Below, in pieces: positions 25,575-40,100 of a stretch of DNA of 64,000 nucleotides. The stretch is taken from NCBI RefSeq assembly GCF_001194135.2, contig NC_069008.1, positions 8,867,163 to 8,931,162 of the forward strand, in the 5' to 3' direction. Source of the DNA: Octopus bimaculoides (lineage: Eukaryota). The notes under the pieces were generated by a model. That model ran no database searches, was not told the DNA's origin, and saw only the letters and a list, made by a program, of their open reading frames with translations. Every line of letters starts with the position of its first letter. Position 1 is the first letter of the stretch. Made by a program: the position numbers and the translations under genes.

Positions 25575-27174
25575 TATATACGACGGGCTTCTTTCAGTTT
25601 CCGTCTACCAAATCCGCTCACAAGGCTTTGGTCAGCCCGAGGCTATAGTAGAAGACACTTGCCCAAGGTGCCACTAAGTGGGAATGAACCCGGAACTGTG
25701 TGATTGGTAAATAAGCTACTGTCCACGCAGCCACTCCTGCGCCTATATATATATATATATATATATATAGTGTATATGTGTCTATATCTCATTTGTCTTG
25801 ACATCACGTGATAGTTGTAAATAACTGTCATACAAGTGAAGTGCTTCATTTCCAGTATTCTGCAAGAGCACATCTGGCCAAGGGGAAATATAACCATAGT
25901 TCGAAACTCATGAGGGTTGGGAACAGGGGCATCCAGCCATAGAAAATCTGCCTCAAATGAACTTCAACTGACCCATGCAGTCACGAAAAAGTTAAGATGG
26001 TGATAATGAATTTGTCAAAATCTTGAAATTGTATTAATTGAAAACACTAAAGGTGGACATCAACTTGAGTATATCCAAATTCCACTGCTTTCTTCATTCA
26101 TTCCTGATATTCCAATGTGGGGAATACTCACATATACATACACACATACATACACTTATATATATATGGATACACATATATATATATATAGATACATATA
26201 TATATATATATATATAGATACATACATACATACACTTACATGTATATATATATGGATATACATATATATATAGATACATACATACATATATANNNNNNNN
26301 NNNNNNNNNNNNNNNNNNNNNNNNNNNNNNNNNNNNNNNNNNNNNNNNNNNNNNNNNNNNNNNNNNNNNNNNNNNNNNNNNNNNNNNNNNNNNNNNNNNN
26401 NNNNNNNNNNNNNNNNNNNNNNNNNNNNNNNNNNNNNNNNNNNNNNNNNNNNNNNNNNNNNNNNNNNNNNNNNNNNNNNNNNNNNNNNNNNNNNNNNNNN
26501 NNNNNNNNNNNNNNNNNNNNNNNNNNNNNNNNNNNNNNNNNNNNNNNNNNNNNNNNNNNNNNNNNNNNNNNNNNNNNNNNNNNNNNNNNNNNNNNNNNNN
26601 NNNNNNNNNNNNNNNNNNNNNNNNNNNNNNNNNNNNNNNNNNNNNNNNNNNNNNNNNNNNNNNNNNNNNNNNNNNNNNNNNNNNNNNNNNNNNNNNNNNN
26701 NNNNNNNNNNNNNNNNNNNNNNNNNNNNNNNNNNNNNNNNNNNNNNNNNNNNNNNNNNNNNNNNNNNNNNNNNNNNNNNNNNNNNNNNNNNNNNNNNNNN
26801 NNNNNNNNNNNNNNACTTTATTTAAAAGCAGCAGAAATATAACAAAAAAAAACGTTACTCTGAGTTTCACGTTCCCGTTCATCGGACAGTTTTGTTAGAA
26901 ATGGAGAAAGGATAACAATGCAATCGAAAGTAATATAAAATTTAAAACACATGGATTCGTTTGATTGGTTGCTTCAAATAACGGTCATGGATTGGTCGTT
27001 TCAATTAACGGTCATAGATGCGTAATGCACAGACCAAATAAATTTAATACAGATTCATCCTATTAAAAAAAATATCGAAGAAAACCTTAAATAGAAACAT
27101 GGGCTCAAAATACATATTGTAAATAATTAATTATATTCGAATTAATGGATTAAAATCAAATCAATAAAATAAAG

Positions 27175-27207
<33 letters not shown>

Positions 27208-28783
27208 ATAAAATTAAAACTTATGCCTATTTTGTTATGTGGAAAACATATTCAGACCTGCAATCTGCACACATCACTAAATATCCTATGCATCTTCCTG
27301 CTGGTCATTACCTTTGTTTTTCTTATGTGTTTGTTTCTATCCTTTTCTAGGAAATCACCTCAGAAGTTGAGGTTAAGTACAAGATCCACCTGTGTCACTG
27401 CCAGTTAAAACAGTACAAAGAAGCTATCAATGTGGTAAGTATAAGCTGGTTTTTGTCAGCTTACTTGTTGTTTACCCCTCATCACACATAGGAACAAAGT
27501 TATTCCAGCTGTGAAGGGGCCTGTCTTTTATTGACACATAACATTGCATAACAAAATTTTAAGATTTTTGTGTCTTTGGTCAGTAAGTGTTATTTCCTGT
27601 TTGCTTTTATATAGAAATCAAAGGAAATGACCACTTTTGCTTTTGTCACCTGAAACTGACCTATCTTCCATAGATTTCAGACACTCAGCACTGAGTTGCT
27701 GAAGCAGAAATATCATTATAGCAAATATTCTGCTCAATGCCACAGATTTGCTTGTCAGTTGTTTGACCTTAACCACTTGAGTATGTCTCTTAGTGGCTGG
27801 CAATATTTGTATCTCTGATGATGAGCAGGAGTAGTGGGGGAGCATGATAGACATGTGTTGAGAGGGATTCTTTAGAGTTTGAATAAATGTAACAAAAGCA
27901 AAAGTTTGAAGGAAATATTAGCCATTTTTCATACTTTCTATGAGTAAGCAAATAACAGACAAAAATAGTGTTACACTGTGTAATGTATCTAGGACTGCTT
28001 CATCTAATGTTCTTTCTTGTTGTCATTTAGTCTCATGCTGGTTTTCATCCAACAGACCTACAAACAAAGCTGTCCCAGGTGTGACCATCCCTTCTTTTGT
28101 TTAGGTATGCTGTGTCTAGGACTACATTATCTAATGTATATTTTGTTGTTGTTGTTGTAAATCCCCATGCTGGTCCTGATCCAACAGACTTATAAACAAA
28201 TATGTCCCAGCTGTAACCATAGCTTTTGTTTAGGCATTGGGTACCTAGGACTATATCATCTAATATGTCCTTTATTATTATGAAGCTCCATGGTAATCCT
28301 GATTCAGCGGAATAGTGTATCTATGATGAACATTATCCAATGTTTACTTTTTTTCTTCTTTTTTTTGAGACAGTTGCTCTGTTGTTGTTGTTTAAGGGAG
28401 ATTTAGCTGCTGTTCCTAGGAGGCTGAGTGACAACAAAGAAGCATCGTCATTGGCCCTTGTCGTTGTTTAGTAATTCCCAGTCCAGCAAACCTAAGATTA
28501 AAGATGTTTCAGCTGTGACCATTTTGTTTTTTTTATCAAAATTTATCGGAACATTGTGTGTGTATACATAGATTCTTTTATTCATTTACTTGTTTCAGTC
28601 ATTTGACTGTGGCCATGCTAGAGCACCACCTTGAAGGGCTTTAAGTCAAACAAATCAACCTCAGGACTTATATGTTAAACCTATTGGTCTCTTTTGCTGA
28701 ACCACTAAGTTATGGAGATGTAAATTCACCAGCACCAGTTGTAAAGCGGTGATGGTGGTGGACAAAGACAGATATATACATGC

Positions 28784-28818
<35 letters not shown>

Positions 28819-28828
28819 NNNNNNNNNN

Positions 28829-28883
<55 letters not shown>

Positions 28884-28964
28884 GTATGACAGGCTTCTTT
28901 CACTTTCTGTCTACCATGTCCACCAGCACCGGCTGTCAAGTGGTGATGGTGGGGACACACACAC

Positions 28965-29026
<62 letters not shown>

Positions 29027-30312
29027 CGGACTTCTTTCAGTTTCCATTTACCAAATCCACTCTCAAAGCTTTGGTTGGCTTAAGGCTATAATAGAAGGCT
29101 CTTACCCAAGATACCATGCAGTGGGACTGNNNNNNNNNNATATATATATATATATATATACACATATATACATTTAAACACAAGAGGTGACCCTTAACAA
29201 GCAGCCTTATATGCTAGAAGGAGCAGTCAAAACGTCCAAAACCACATCTAAGAGCAATTTCAAAGGGAATCCTCATCATCATCATCGTTTAACGTCCGCT
29301 TTCCATGCTACCATGGGTTGGACGATTTAACTGAGGACTGGTGAAACCAGATGGCTACACCAAGCTCCAATCTGATTTGGCAGAATTTCTACAGCTGGAT
29401 GCCCTTCCTAACGCCAACCACTCTGAGAGTGTAGTGGGTGCTTTTACGTGCCACCCACACATAATTTCGGAAGTTAATTTAGCATTTTTTCATTTGCTGC
29501 CAACTGAAACCGCACTTGCGTGGTGAATTTGAAAAATTATAATATATAATGATGAGACGTGGTATTCTGTTTCTAAATTATATGTTAGTGTTTTGGCATA
29601 GCCACTGATGAGAACTTCGCCTAGCAAATTATTTGGGGTATGCAGCTATCTAGGACTGCATTATCTGATGTTGTTTCTTGTTGTCATTTAGCCTCATGCT
29701 GGTTTTCATCCAACAGACCTACAGTTTTTGAAACAGAGATGTTTAAAGAAAAAAGCTTCTGGAGTTGATTCGTTCATCTTAAATCTTTCAAGGTGGTAAC
29801 CCTGCATTACTGAAGACTAATGACTGAAACAAGTAAAAAAAAATAAAAGATGTATATATGTGTGTGTGTAGAAGCACATGGTCTAGTAGCTAGGGTGTTA
29901 CATTCGTGATTGTAAGATTGTGGTTTCAATACCTAGACTAGGTGATGCACTGTGTGGTTGAGCAAAATACTTCATTTGATGTTGCTTCAATCCATTCAGC
30001 TGGTAAAAAGGATTAATCCTGTGGCAGACCAGTGTCCCATCCATAACCTATGAGTCGGGAAGGACCTTTGACCCCGTTGATATATGTATACACACACTTA
30101 TGTACATGCATATCATCACCATTTAACATCCGTTTTCCATGTTGGCATGTGTTGGAAGGGTTTGATAGAAGCCAGAGGACTGTGTCAAGTTGCTATGTCT
30201 GTTTTAGCATGGTTTCTATAACTTCTTAACACCAGCCACTTCACACACACACACACACACATATCTATGTGTGTGTGTATATATATATATATGCACACAC
30301 ATAACATATGTA

Positions 30313-30374
<62 letters not shown>

Positions 30375-31092
30375 TATATATATACATGCCATTTGTTTTC
30401 CATCATTCTCAGCTGGAAGGTGTCATAGCAAAGAAGAGAAATGCCAAAATCAACCTGGCCCTCGCCCACCTCTACAAACAGTCCAATATGGACCGTCCTG
30501 CTATAACCTGTTTCAAAGAAGTCATCAGGTTTGTATATTCCTCTTTTTTCCTTTTTTTTCATTTACCATTAACAGCACTACTACTACTAGTTCTACTTGC
30601 CTAAATGTCCCTTTTCCATGCTAGCATGGGTTGGATGGTTTGACCAGAGAGCTGCACCAGGTTCCAGTCTGATTTGGCATGGTTTCTATGGCTGGATGCC
30701 TTTCCTAATGCCAACCACTTCACAGCGTGCTGAGCGCTTTTACATGTCACCAACACTGGACTCTTACGGGCCAATCCTCTTCAGCAGGGGTTGGCCTTAA
30801 CAACTCTGCTGTTGAGTACAGCAAGGTGCCAGGTATCTTGGTCCTTTGTCATCCGTCTGAAAGGGTCAGCATCCTGAGGTCATCCCATGTCTTCCTAGGT
30901 CTCCTTCTTCCCTAAGTTTCCTTCACTTTGAGAGATCAGCACTTCTTTATGCAGACATCGGCATCTATCCACTTATATAGCTGTAGAAACTATGCCAAAA
31001 CAGACAAGGAGCCTGAACAGCCCTTCAGCTGGTCAGCTCCTGTCAGACCGTCCAACCCATGCCAGCATGGAAAACAGATGTTAAATGAAGAT

Positions 31093-31164
<72 letters not shown>

Positions 31165-34100
31165 AAAATGGATATAATAACAATGGGAAACTCGTTGTTT
31201 TCACTGGTATGTCTTTAATTAGCTTCTTCCTCCTTGTTATCTATTTAATTAAAGACATACCAGGTTTCCCATTGTTATTATATCCATTTTCTTCTCCTAT
31301 ATAACCTAAACTCTGGTTTTCCAACCAAACCACCTGCTAGTGTACAACCTTACAAAAGACTGTAACTACCCAGCCAGGAGCGACTCTGGATTTAATTATC
31401 CCTTAGAGGTATTAAACCCCTCTAACTGATACCTACACTATATATATCAGACAAATGAAAGAAGGGCACTCAGCACATTTATTGGGAGTTACATGTATGG
31501 ATCAAAACAGTTTGATTCAAACTCCTTGGTACTCTGAGTTTCAACTGTGTTGCTAGTCTTTAGCCATTTTCTATGTTGATTCATATATATAATCTTTGTT
31601 GTCTTTTTTTTTTTTTAAGGGAATGTCCCCTTGCAGTTGAAGCCCTTATGGGTCTCTTATCATTGGGTGTGAAGTGTGCAGAGGTGATTGGACTAGTTCT
31701 CAGCAGCTTACCCCATGGAGCAAACTACGATTGGTATGTATACATTTTGGGATCTTATTGTGTGAGTCTTTGTTTCTGCTTGAGTTATGCACATTTATGT
31801 TTGTTGTTTGTGTGTGTATGAGCTTATATGTCTACATACAGGCTTGTGTGTTTGTATGTATGAATGTATTTATGTATTGAAGGCACATGGCTTAGTGGTT
31901 AGGGTATTCAGCTCATGATCATAAAGTTGTGAGTTCAATTCTCTGCAACATGTTGTGTCCTTGGGCAAGACACTTTATTTCACATTGCACCGATCTACTC
32001 AGCTGGCAAAAATGAGTAGTACCTGTATTTCAAAGAGCCAGCCTTGTGGCATTCTGTGTCACATTGAATCTCCTTCAGAATTACATTAAAGGTACAAGTG
32101 TCTGTGGAATACTCAGCCACTTGCACATTAATTTCACAAGCAGGCTATTCTGTTGATCAGATCAACTGGAACCCTCATTGATGTGACTGATGGAGTGCCA
32201 GTTGTTGTGTATGTATGTGTGTATGCAGGTACATGTGTATGTGATCGTGTGTGTATGTTAGGGAGTGCATGTGTATGTGTAGGCATGTACATGTGTGTGT
32301 ACTTAGGGAGCACAGTGTAAATGTACATGTGTATCTATATGTAAGAATGTGTCCCTTTGTGTATGAGCAGGTGTGTGTGTGTCTGCACATGGGTATATAT
32401 GTGTGTATGTGTCTGTGAGCATGTGTATGCATGTTTGTAGCTATGTGTATATATGGGTATGTGTGTCTGTGTGTGTATTCTATTACAGAGGCATCATGGG
32501 TAGACAGATCCATTTAAATGGCCTCCCAGGCTTCACAAAGATATACTCACACTCTAAGACATTCCACATGTGACCATCTTGCCTTGAATTCAAACATAAT
32601 ATATCCAATGTATCTTTCCCTTTTCTAAAACAGCAGGTGCAATTTGATTTGATGATGATTTCACTGTTATTTCTAACAAATCAACAAACAATTCAAATAG
32701 CCATACACAGCCATTTCATTACAAACAACCGCTTTTATTTACATTGTTTTTCTAAGTCCTTTGGCTTTTGATAAGTCTATCCACTCAAGAAGCTGACATT
32801 ATTAATTCTTTCTGATTTTCTCTTTTGATCCCCCCCCCCCTGCTTTCACAGATTCCCATAACTCTCTGTCACCATCAAATTTCATTATTACAAATTTGAA
32901 TTGGAAGCTTGAGTCATAGTAAATCTTTCATTAGTTGATTACATAACCGTGGATGCCACCCTTGTGGATGTATTGCAGTTACTCTCTTGATAGAGTTTAG
33001 TGACCGTAACCATTGATCTTCTAGGATTCCTTCACTCAGCATCAATGTAAGAAGCACCATTGGCTCAGTTGAGCTCTTCCACTACCTCTTCATGATCCAC
33101 CATGCTGCAGTCCCTTGACTTTGCCGTACGCCTGGTAGGGTGGCTGAATAGGTGCTATGCCTTGCCAAAGGGCAGCCTGTAATTATGCACGGCACGGTTG
33201 TCACCCTGTGAGGTATTTTCAGATACCTGCATTCCCCAAATTTTCACTTAAGGTCAAAAACTTTGAGGGGAGGGCAAAGCCAATTACATCAAGCCCTGCA
33301 ATCAACTGATATCTAGAAGGAGGAAAGACAAACCCAACCATGGCAAGATTTGAACTCAGAATGTAAGGAACCAAAGGAAATTCTGCTAAGCATTTTTCCA
33401 GCTGGCCACTTGCTGATTTTACTACCATATTTTCTGGCAAACAAGTTGACATAATATGTAGTGTAAACATTCAAGCATTGTCATTATCTTTCCAAATCCT
33501 GTTGCATTTCACATGGAATTTTTGATCTCCTAAAGTCATTTTGGTGTATAAGTTGACCTACCTTTTGGGTGGGAGCTGTAAATTTTAGTCTAAAAATTTT
33601 CATTTGTATGCCAGAAACACGATATTCTACTCAAGAAATCAGTCAAGAAAGACATGCAAAACATAAGTGAAATACTATATATCCTTTGATTTGTATGCTG
33701 GAAAATATAGTGTTCTATACAGAAAAACTAATCAAGAAAGACATGAAACATAGGTGAAATACTGTACTTTTCTGACGTACAGGGAGATGTAATATACAGT
33801 GTAAACATGGTATAAACATTCAAATATCATCACTGTCTTTCCAAATTAGCCATTTTTCATACTTTCTAGGGGTAAGCAAATAAGAAATAACAGTTGCTAC
33901 CCAAGGACAAAAATGGTGTTACACAATGTAGTATCTAATATATATGCTGGTGCCACATGAAAAGCACCCATGCTTGTGCCACATGAAAAGTATTCTTGCT
34001 GGTGCCATGTAAAAAGCACCCAGTATACTCTGTAGCAGCCTTTGAAAATTTTGAACACAGCTGACAGACACCCAGAGCCTACAAAGAGCCTGGGGTGTCC

Positions 34101-37100
34101 ATAAAGGGAGCTAGAGATTCATTTACTGGTTGATTAATACCCTAGAAACACAACTAGTCAACTTATCAACACAGTTTGTTGACTAATGACTGACAGATTG
34201 TTAGCCTATGGTTTATCAACCTGGCTTGTTGACTAGTGACATTTCAACACCACCTTTTGACTAATAACCAATTTATCAACTATGCTTGTTGACTTATGAC
34301 TGGCATACAAACATAGTTGGTTGATCAATGACTGATCAACTAATCTTGCTGACCTGTCAATATAATTACTGTATTTGATGGCTTGTAATACACTGTTTTT
34401 CAAAAAAAAAAAATTCTCTATGTGAAGTTGCTAATATTTTTCTCAATACTTACTTTTTCCTGAATATTCACTGTTGAAATTGGGGGTACATCTAATACAC
34501 CCATGCATCTTTTATGCTACTGGATATAATTGTTAGCCACTAAATATGCTGTCAGCACATTTGATTAACTGAAACTGCTATGAATTAACCAGTAGCCTAT
34601 GTGAACATTTATTGCTCCAATATTAGCTGTATGTATCTGTTACAGGTTAACAATGTGGATCAAGGCCCATGCTCTGGTGGTTGCACAGGAGTACACAAGT
34701 GCCATCTCAACATTTAAGGCCCTAGACTGCAAGGTAAGTCAACTTTGATGTATGTGGTTTGATGAAACAACCTGTTAGATTTGTCTTTTGTTCCTTCTCC
34801 TCTTCCTTTCTCTCTTACCTTGCTTTCTGTCCAGTAATATAAATATACATACATACATGCATACTTACATTAATATTCTTTTCTACTCTAGAAAATTATG
34901 AGATTATTATGAAAGAAAACTAAAATGAATGTAATGGTGAATGTGTATTTTAAATGGCTATCATTTCTCTGCCAGTGTGCAGTTGTTCATTAATCATGAT
35001 ATTAATTGACATTTTATCAATTAACATATTTTTCATATTCCTTTGTTCTTTAATTATCTAGCCTTACCTGAAAAATAATGTCCGACTTCTTTTCTCCTTG
35101 GGCGAGGCCCACTTCCTCAACGGTGACTACACACAAGCTATGCAACTCTTCCAAAAGGTAATATACTTTGATCCTCTTTACAACTCTTTTATCTCTATGA
35201 CTTGTTTTCAGTCATTGGACTGTGGCCATGCTGGGGCATCACCTTGTATTTTTGTTGACTGAATTGAACCAAGTACTTATCTTGTTTTTTAAGTCTGGTG
35301 TTTATTCTGTCAGTCTCTTTGTCGAACTGCTAAGTTACAGGGATGTGTAAACACGCCAACACCAAATGTCAAGCAGTGGTGGGTGACACACACAAAGACA
35401 CACACACACATATGTATATAATGGGTTTCTTTCAGTTTCATTCTACCAAATCCACTCTAGACTTTGACCTGCCCTGTGGCAGCCATGCTTGTGCCTGTAT
35501 CTTTTGCTTGTTTCAGCCATCAGACTGTGGCCATACTGGGGCACCACCTTGAAGAATTTTTAGTCAAATCAATTGACCCCAATATTTATTTATTTTGTTT
35601 TTAAGCCTGGTACTTATCCTATCAATCTGTTTTGCTGGACTGCTAAGTTATGGGAATGTAACTACACCAATACTGGTTGTCAAACAGTGGTGGGGACAAA
35701 CACAGACTCAAAGACACATACACACACACACATATATATGATGGGCTTCTTTTCAGTTTCCATCAACCAAATCCACTCACAATACTTTGGTCAGCCTAAG
35801 TTAACTTTTTATTTCTCTATTTTTGTTTTGTTTATTTTTTTCCAATGCTTTATCTATTTATTCATTACCTTTTCGGGTCATTAAAACAAGTGCCTGTTTT
35901 ATATTGATGCCAAATGATACATTGAACAGAAATGGTGTGTGGAGGATATAACAAGTATCAATGCAGTATAGAAGAGGGAGTCAGTATAGGAAGTTGTTGT
36001 TTAGTCCCCTATCAATCCCTTTCTGTTCAAAAGAATTACACATATTTAACCCTTTCCTTACCACATTTCTGTTGAAATGCACTGCCTTTGTTCAAGTTTT
36101 AATTCTGGAAATCCCTCTCATACTTGCCCTCTCTACAGTATCATCCTTACTGTCCTGTCACTCCCTCCCCAGCTTTCTTCTTTCCAACTCCTGTATTATT
36201 GCTCATCTGTATCCATTTAGGATGATCTAGTGGGAAATGGGGGATGTCCATACCAGTGCATGCGTCGGATAGTTATGAGGAGGAAGACTGGGGGCTGCTC
36301 TTTGTTGGAAACGTGATGTTACGATCTAATGTTCTCAATAGATGGTTCTCGGGATCCTGCTATCATTTCTACTCCTAAGAGGGGCTGGCACAGGACCACC
36401 AGCAATGGAGAGCACTGGTGGATGTGGTTGGCTCTATGCATGAAGACATCTCTAACTATCAGAGGAAGGTTAACAGAGAAAATAGTTTTTGTGTGTGACA
36501 GATGTGTAGGTACAGTAAACACTAGGGATGTACAGAAAATAGACTTCATTAAATGTTCAGGGGAATATTTAGAAGTTGTAGATAGCTTCCATTACCTAGG
36601 TTCCTAAGTCAGAAGAGGAGGAGGACGCTCTGAGGTCATTGCTGCTAGAATAAGATGCTTAAGTTGGAATGAGCCCAACCCCATCAAGCAGGAGCATGAA
36701 ATGCACCTATCCCTTTATCCACCATTCAACAGCATTCATCCCTGTCCAATCTTTACAGTTGTTACCAATCTTCCCTCACTCATTCCCCCATCTTGCACTC
36801 CCTCAAATGCTCTTGCACCAACTACTCACTCTCCTGGTTCCTCTGACCCCACTTCTACCCACCTTGGATCTTGAGAGACCCATCCTCTCTTCTAACTGTG
36901 AGTAGCCATGTAGCTGCACTGCCTCCTCCTCCTCTCATACATTAACCCTTCATGTATAAAGTCATCCCACCTGCAAGCTGCATGGTGATCTCATTAGCAC
37001 TGGTGATGAAAAAGCACCCAGTATGCTCTGTAAAGTATATATTAGCACCAGAACAGATGATTTACTAATTTCTTCATAATATTTCTAAATTGATTGAAAA

Positions 37101-40100
37101 AAAATAGTGTTTTTCAACAGAAATATGGTACAAAAATGGTTTAAGTCAACCTTGGTTTGATCTTGTTTGCTTGTTTCATCATCATCATTTTATCATCAGT
37201 ATTTCGTATCTGTTTTCCATGCCGGCACAGGTTGGGTGGATTGGCAGGAACTGGCTAGGCCAAGGGGGGCACCAGGTTCCATAGTGTGTTCTGGCGTGGT
37301 TTCTCTGGCTGGGTGCCCTTCCTAACGCCAACCTCTTTACAGAGTGTACCATGTCCTTTTTACATGGCACCAGTGCTTTTTACGCAGTACCAACACCTTT
37401 GCTTTTTACGTAGCATTAGCACCCACACCAATGTGTTTTACATGGCACCTTGGTTTTAGGATCTCAATTCTGTTGTGATGGATGGGTCTTCTCAAGTACA
37501 GCAATGCACCACATATCTCGGTCCTGTCATCTCCTTTGTAAAGCTCACCATTTTGTGATCAGCCTTCATACTTCATCCCGTGTCTTCCTGGGTCTCCCCC
37601 TTCTACAACATCCCTCCACTTTAAGTGATCGACAATTTATGCAACTGTCCCCATCCATATGCATCATGTGGCCAAACCAGCACAGCCTTTTCACTTGTAC
37701 ACTGCATTTAATCCTTCTTATGCCTAACTTCTCTCTCCATACACCAGTGCTCTGTCACACATTCGCACCAACATTGCACATCCATCAGAGCATACGACCC
37801 TCATTCCTCTCCAGCCTTTGCATACCTTCCACATTCAGGGCCCATATCTCACTACCATGCAACATTGCAATGCTAATATCTTCTCTGAGTAAGCAATCTC
37901 ACTGATATATATATTTTTAACTAATTTACACCGATTGTTGATGTTTTCTTTGCTTCTTACAGGCTCACCTTACTGACCGTCTCAACGTGAAAAACATGGA
38001 CACTTTGGCCTACCTTTACCTGAAAGAGAAAAAGATGACAGAACTGGAAAGGTGGGTGCTGTACAGGTGTTGAAAAGGCATCAGTTTTTTTGGTTTATTC
38101 TTTTACTGATCTCAGACACTTCTTCTCTTCTTGTTATTTATTTCAGTTAGGGAATTAATTTATTGATCTTTATTGTTTAACAATGTTTTCAACACACACA
38201 GGCACACAACACACTGGTTCATGCCAGTAAATATAAGCGAGGCATGGCTGTGTGGTAAGAAACTTGCTTCTTAACCAAATGGCTCCAGGTTCAGTCCCAC
38301 TGCATGGTGCCTTGTGCAAGTATCTTCTATAGTAGCAGGTTGACAAGAGCCTTGTGAATGGATTTGGTAAGACAGAAACTGAAGAAACCCATTGTGTATA
38401 TAAATGTGTGTCTGTGTTTGTTTCCCACCACTGCTTGACAACCAGTGTTGGTTTGTTCATGTCCCTGTAACTTGACAGTTCAGTACAAAGTGACCTATAT
38501 AATAAGTACCAGACTTAATGAAAAAAAAATACATGCTGGGGTCGATCTGTTCAGCTGAAACCCTTCAAGGCAAGGCCCCAGCATGGCCACAGTCCAATGA
38601 CTGTAATAGGTAGAAGATAAAAGATTTACACGCACATGTGCTTATAACCAACTCAGTGGCATAGCTAGAGTGTATGCTACCTGAGGCAACCCTTGGTGAA
38701 CCCCAAAAAAGTACTGCAACTAATAAAAGCATCGCCCAGGATCAACTGCTCCCTGCTGATACCCCTCCCTACCTGCTATGCTATTGACATAAACGAACAC
38801 AAACACATGCGTAAAATACTACGGCTGCATTTGCAGTGATGGGTGACATATCAACCTATACTATGCTTTTGCTAATGGTTTTATGTCCCCATGTAGTCAG
38901 AAGCAGGCATTGATATTTTCCCAGCCTTCCCACCATGACCCTCCCCCCAAGCTGAACATCAAGGTGTAATGGCAAGTGGTGGGAATGGGACTTGTGAGTA
39001 TATTTGGTAGACGGTGTCATGTTAAAAGCAGCCAGTACACACTGTTAAGTGGTTGGCATTAGGAAGGGCATCCACCCATAGAAACCAAGCCAAACCAGAC
39101 TGGAACCTGGTGCAGCCTGCCAACTCTGAACAAATTGTCCAACCCATGCCAGTATGGTACATGAAAACTGAAAGAAGCCTATTGTGTGTGTATCATCATC
39201 ATCCGGTGTTTTAAATCCGGGTTTTGTCCCCATTAATGGGGGTGGCCGGATCTACCTTAATGTCATAGCAACTGAGGTAGGCAGATACAGCCCACCCCAA
39301 CCTTTGGGCTGGCTGGTGCCCATTCTCCTTTGCTATCATGAGGCTTTTTTGGAGCTGGATTTTCTGCAGGGAGCATGCCCTTGTTTACCCCCAACCTCAG
39401 TTTCTATATGTATGTATGCTTTTTCTTTTATTCTCTTACTTGTTTCAGTCTGGAGCACCGCCTTTAGTTGAACAAATCAACCCCACGACTTATTCTTTGT
39501 AAGCCTAATACTTATTCTATTGGTCTCTTTTGCCAAACCGCTAAGTTACGGGGACATAAACGCACCAACATTGGTTGTCAAGCGATGAATATACACGTTG
39601 GGCTTCTTCCAATTTTCCGTCTAGCAAATCCACTCATAAGGCTTTGCTCGGCCCAAGGCTATAGTAGAAGACACTTGCCCAAGGTGCCACGCAGTGAGGC
39701 TGAACCTGGAACCATGTGTTTGGGAAGCAATAAATAAATAAATAACAATAGATGGATAATGTGTCAATTCACTACAGCTGTCTCCAACGAATTTTCAATT
39801 GATTAATGGAGAGATTACATTATTCATTTCCTCTTGGAACATTAATATACTCAGTCAGGTACAGTGAATTGTATACATAACCTAAATATTTTTCCGCCCG
39901 TACTTCGGTACCTGCGTATGTGTTCCTCTATATATGTATGTATATATCTATATATGTGTGTCTTTGTGTCTGTGTTTGTCTCCCACCACCACTTGACAAC
40001 TGGTATTGGTGTGTTTATGTCCCCCGTAACTCAGCAGTTCAGCAAAAGAGACTGATAGAATGAGAACCAGGTTTATAAAAAATAAGTTCTGGGATCAATT

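Noticed and set aside
27985-28330. CRISPR-like array
   Set aside because: Units are diverged along their whole length with no constant-repeat / unique-spacer pattern; no cas genes; eukaryotic context.
29605-29640. CTGATGAG as another hammerhead core
   Set aside because: No stem II followed by GAAA and no stem I/III pairing.
28661-30624. Numerous YIYI / HTHT / CVCV ORFs
   Set aside because: Translations of (TA)n and (CA)n microsatellites.
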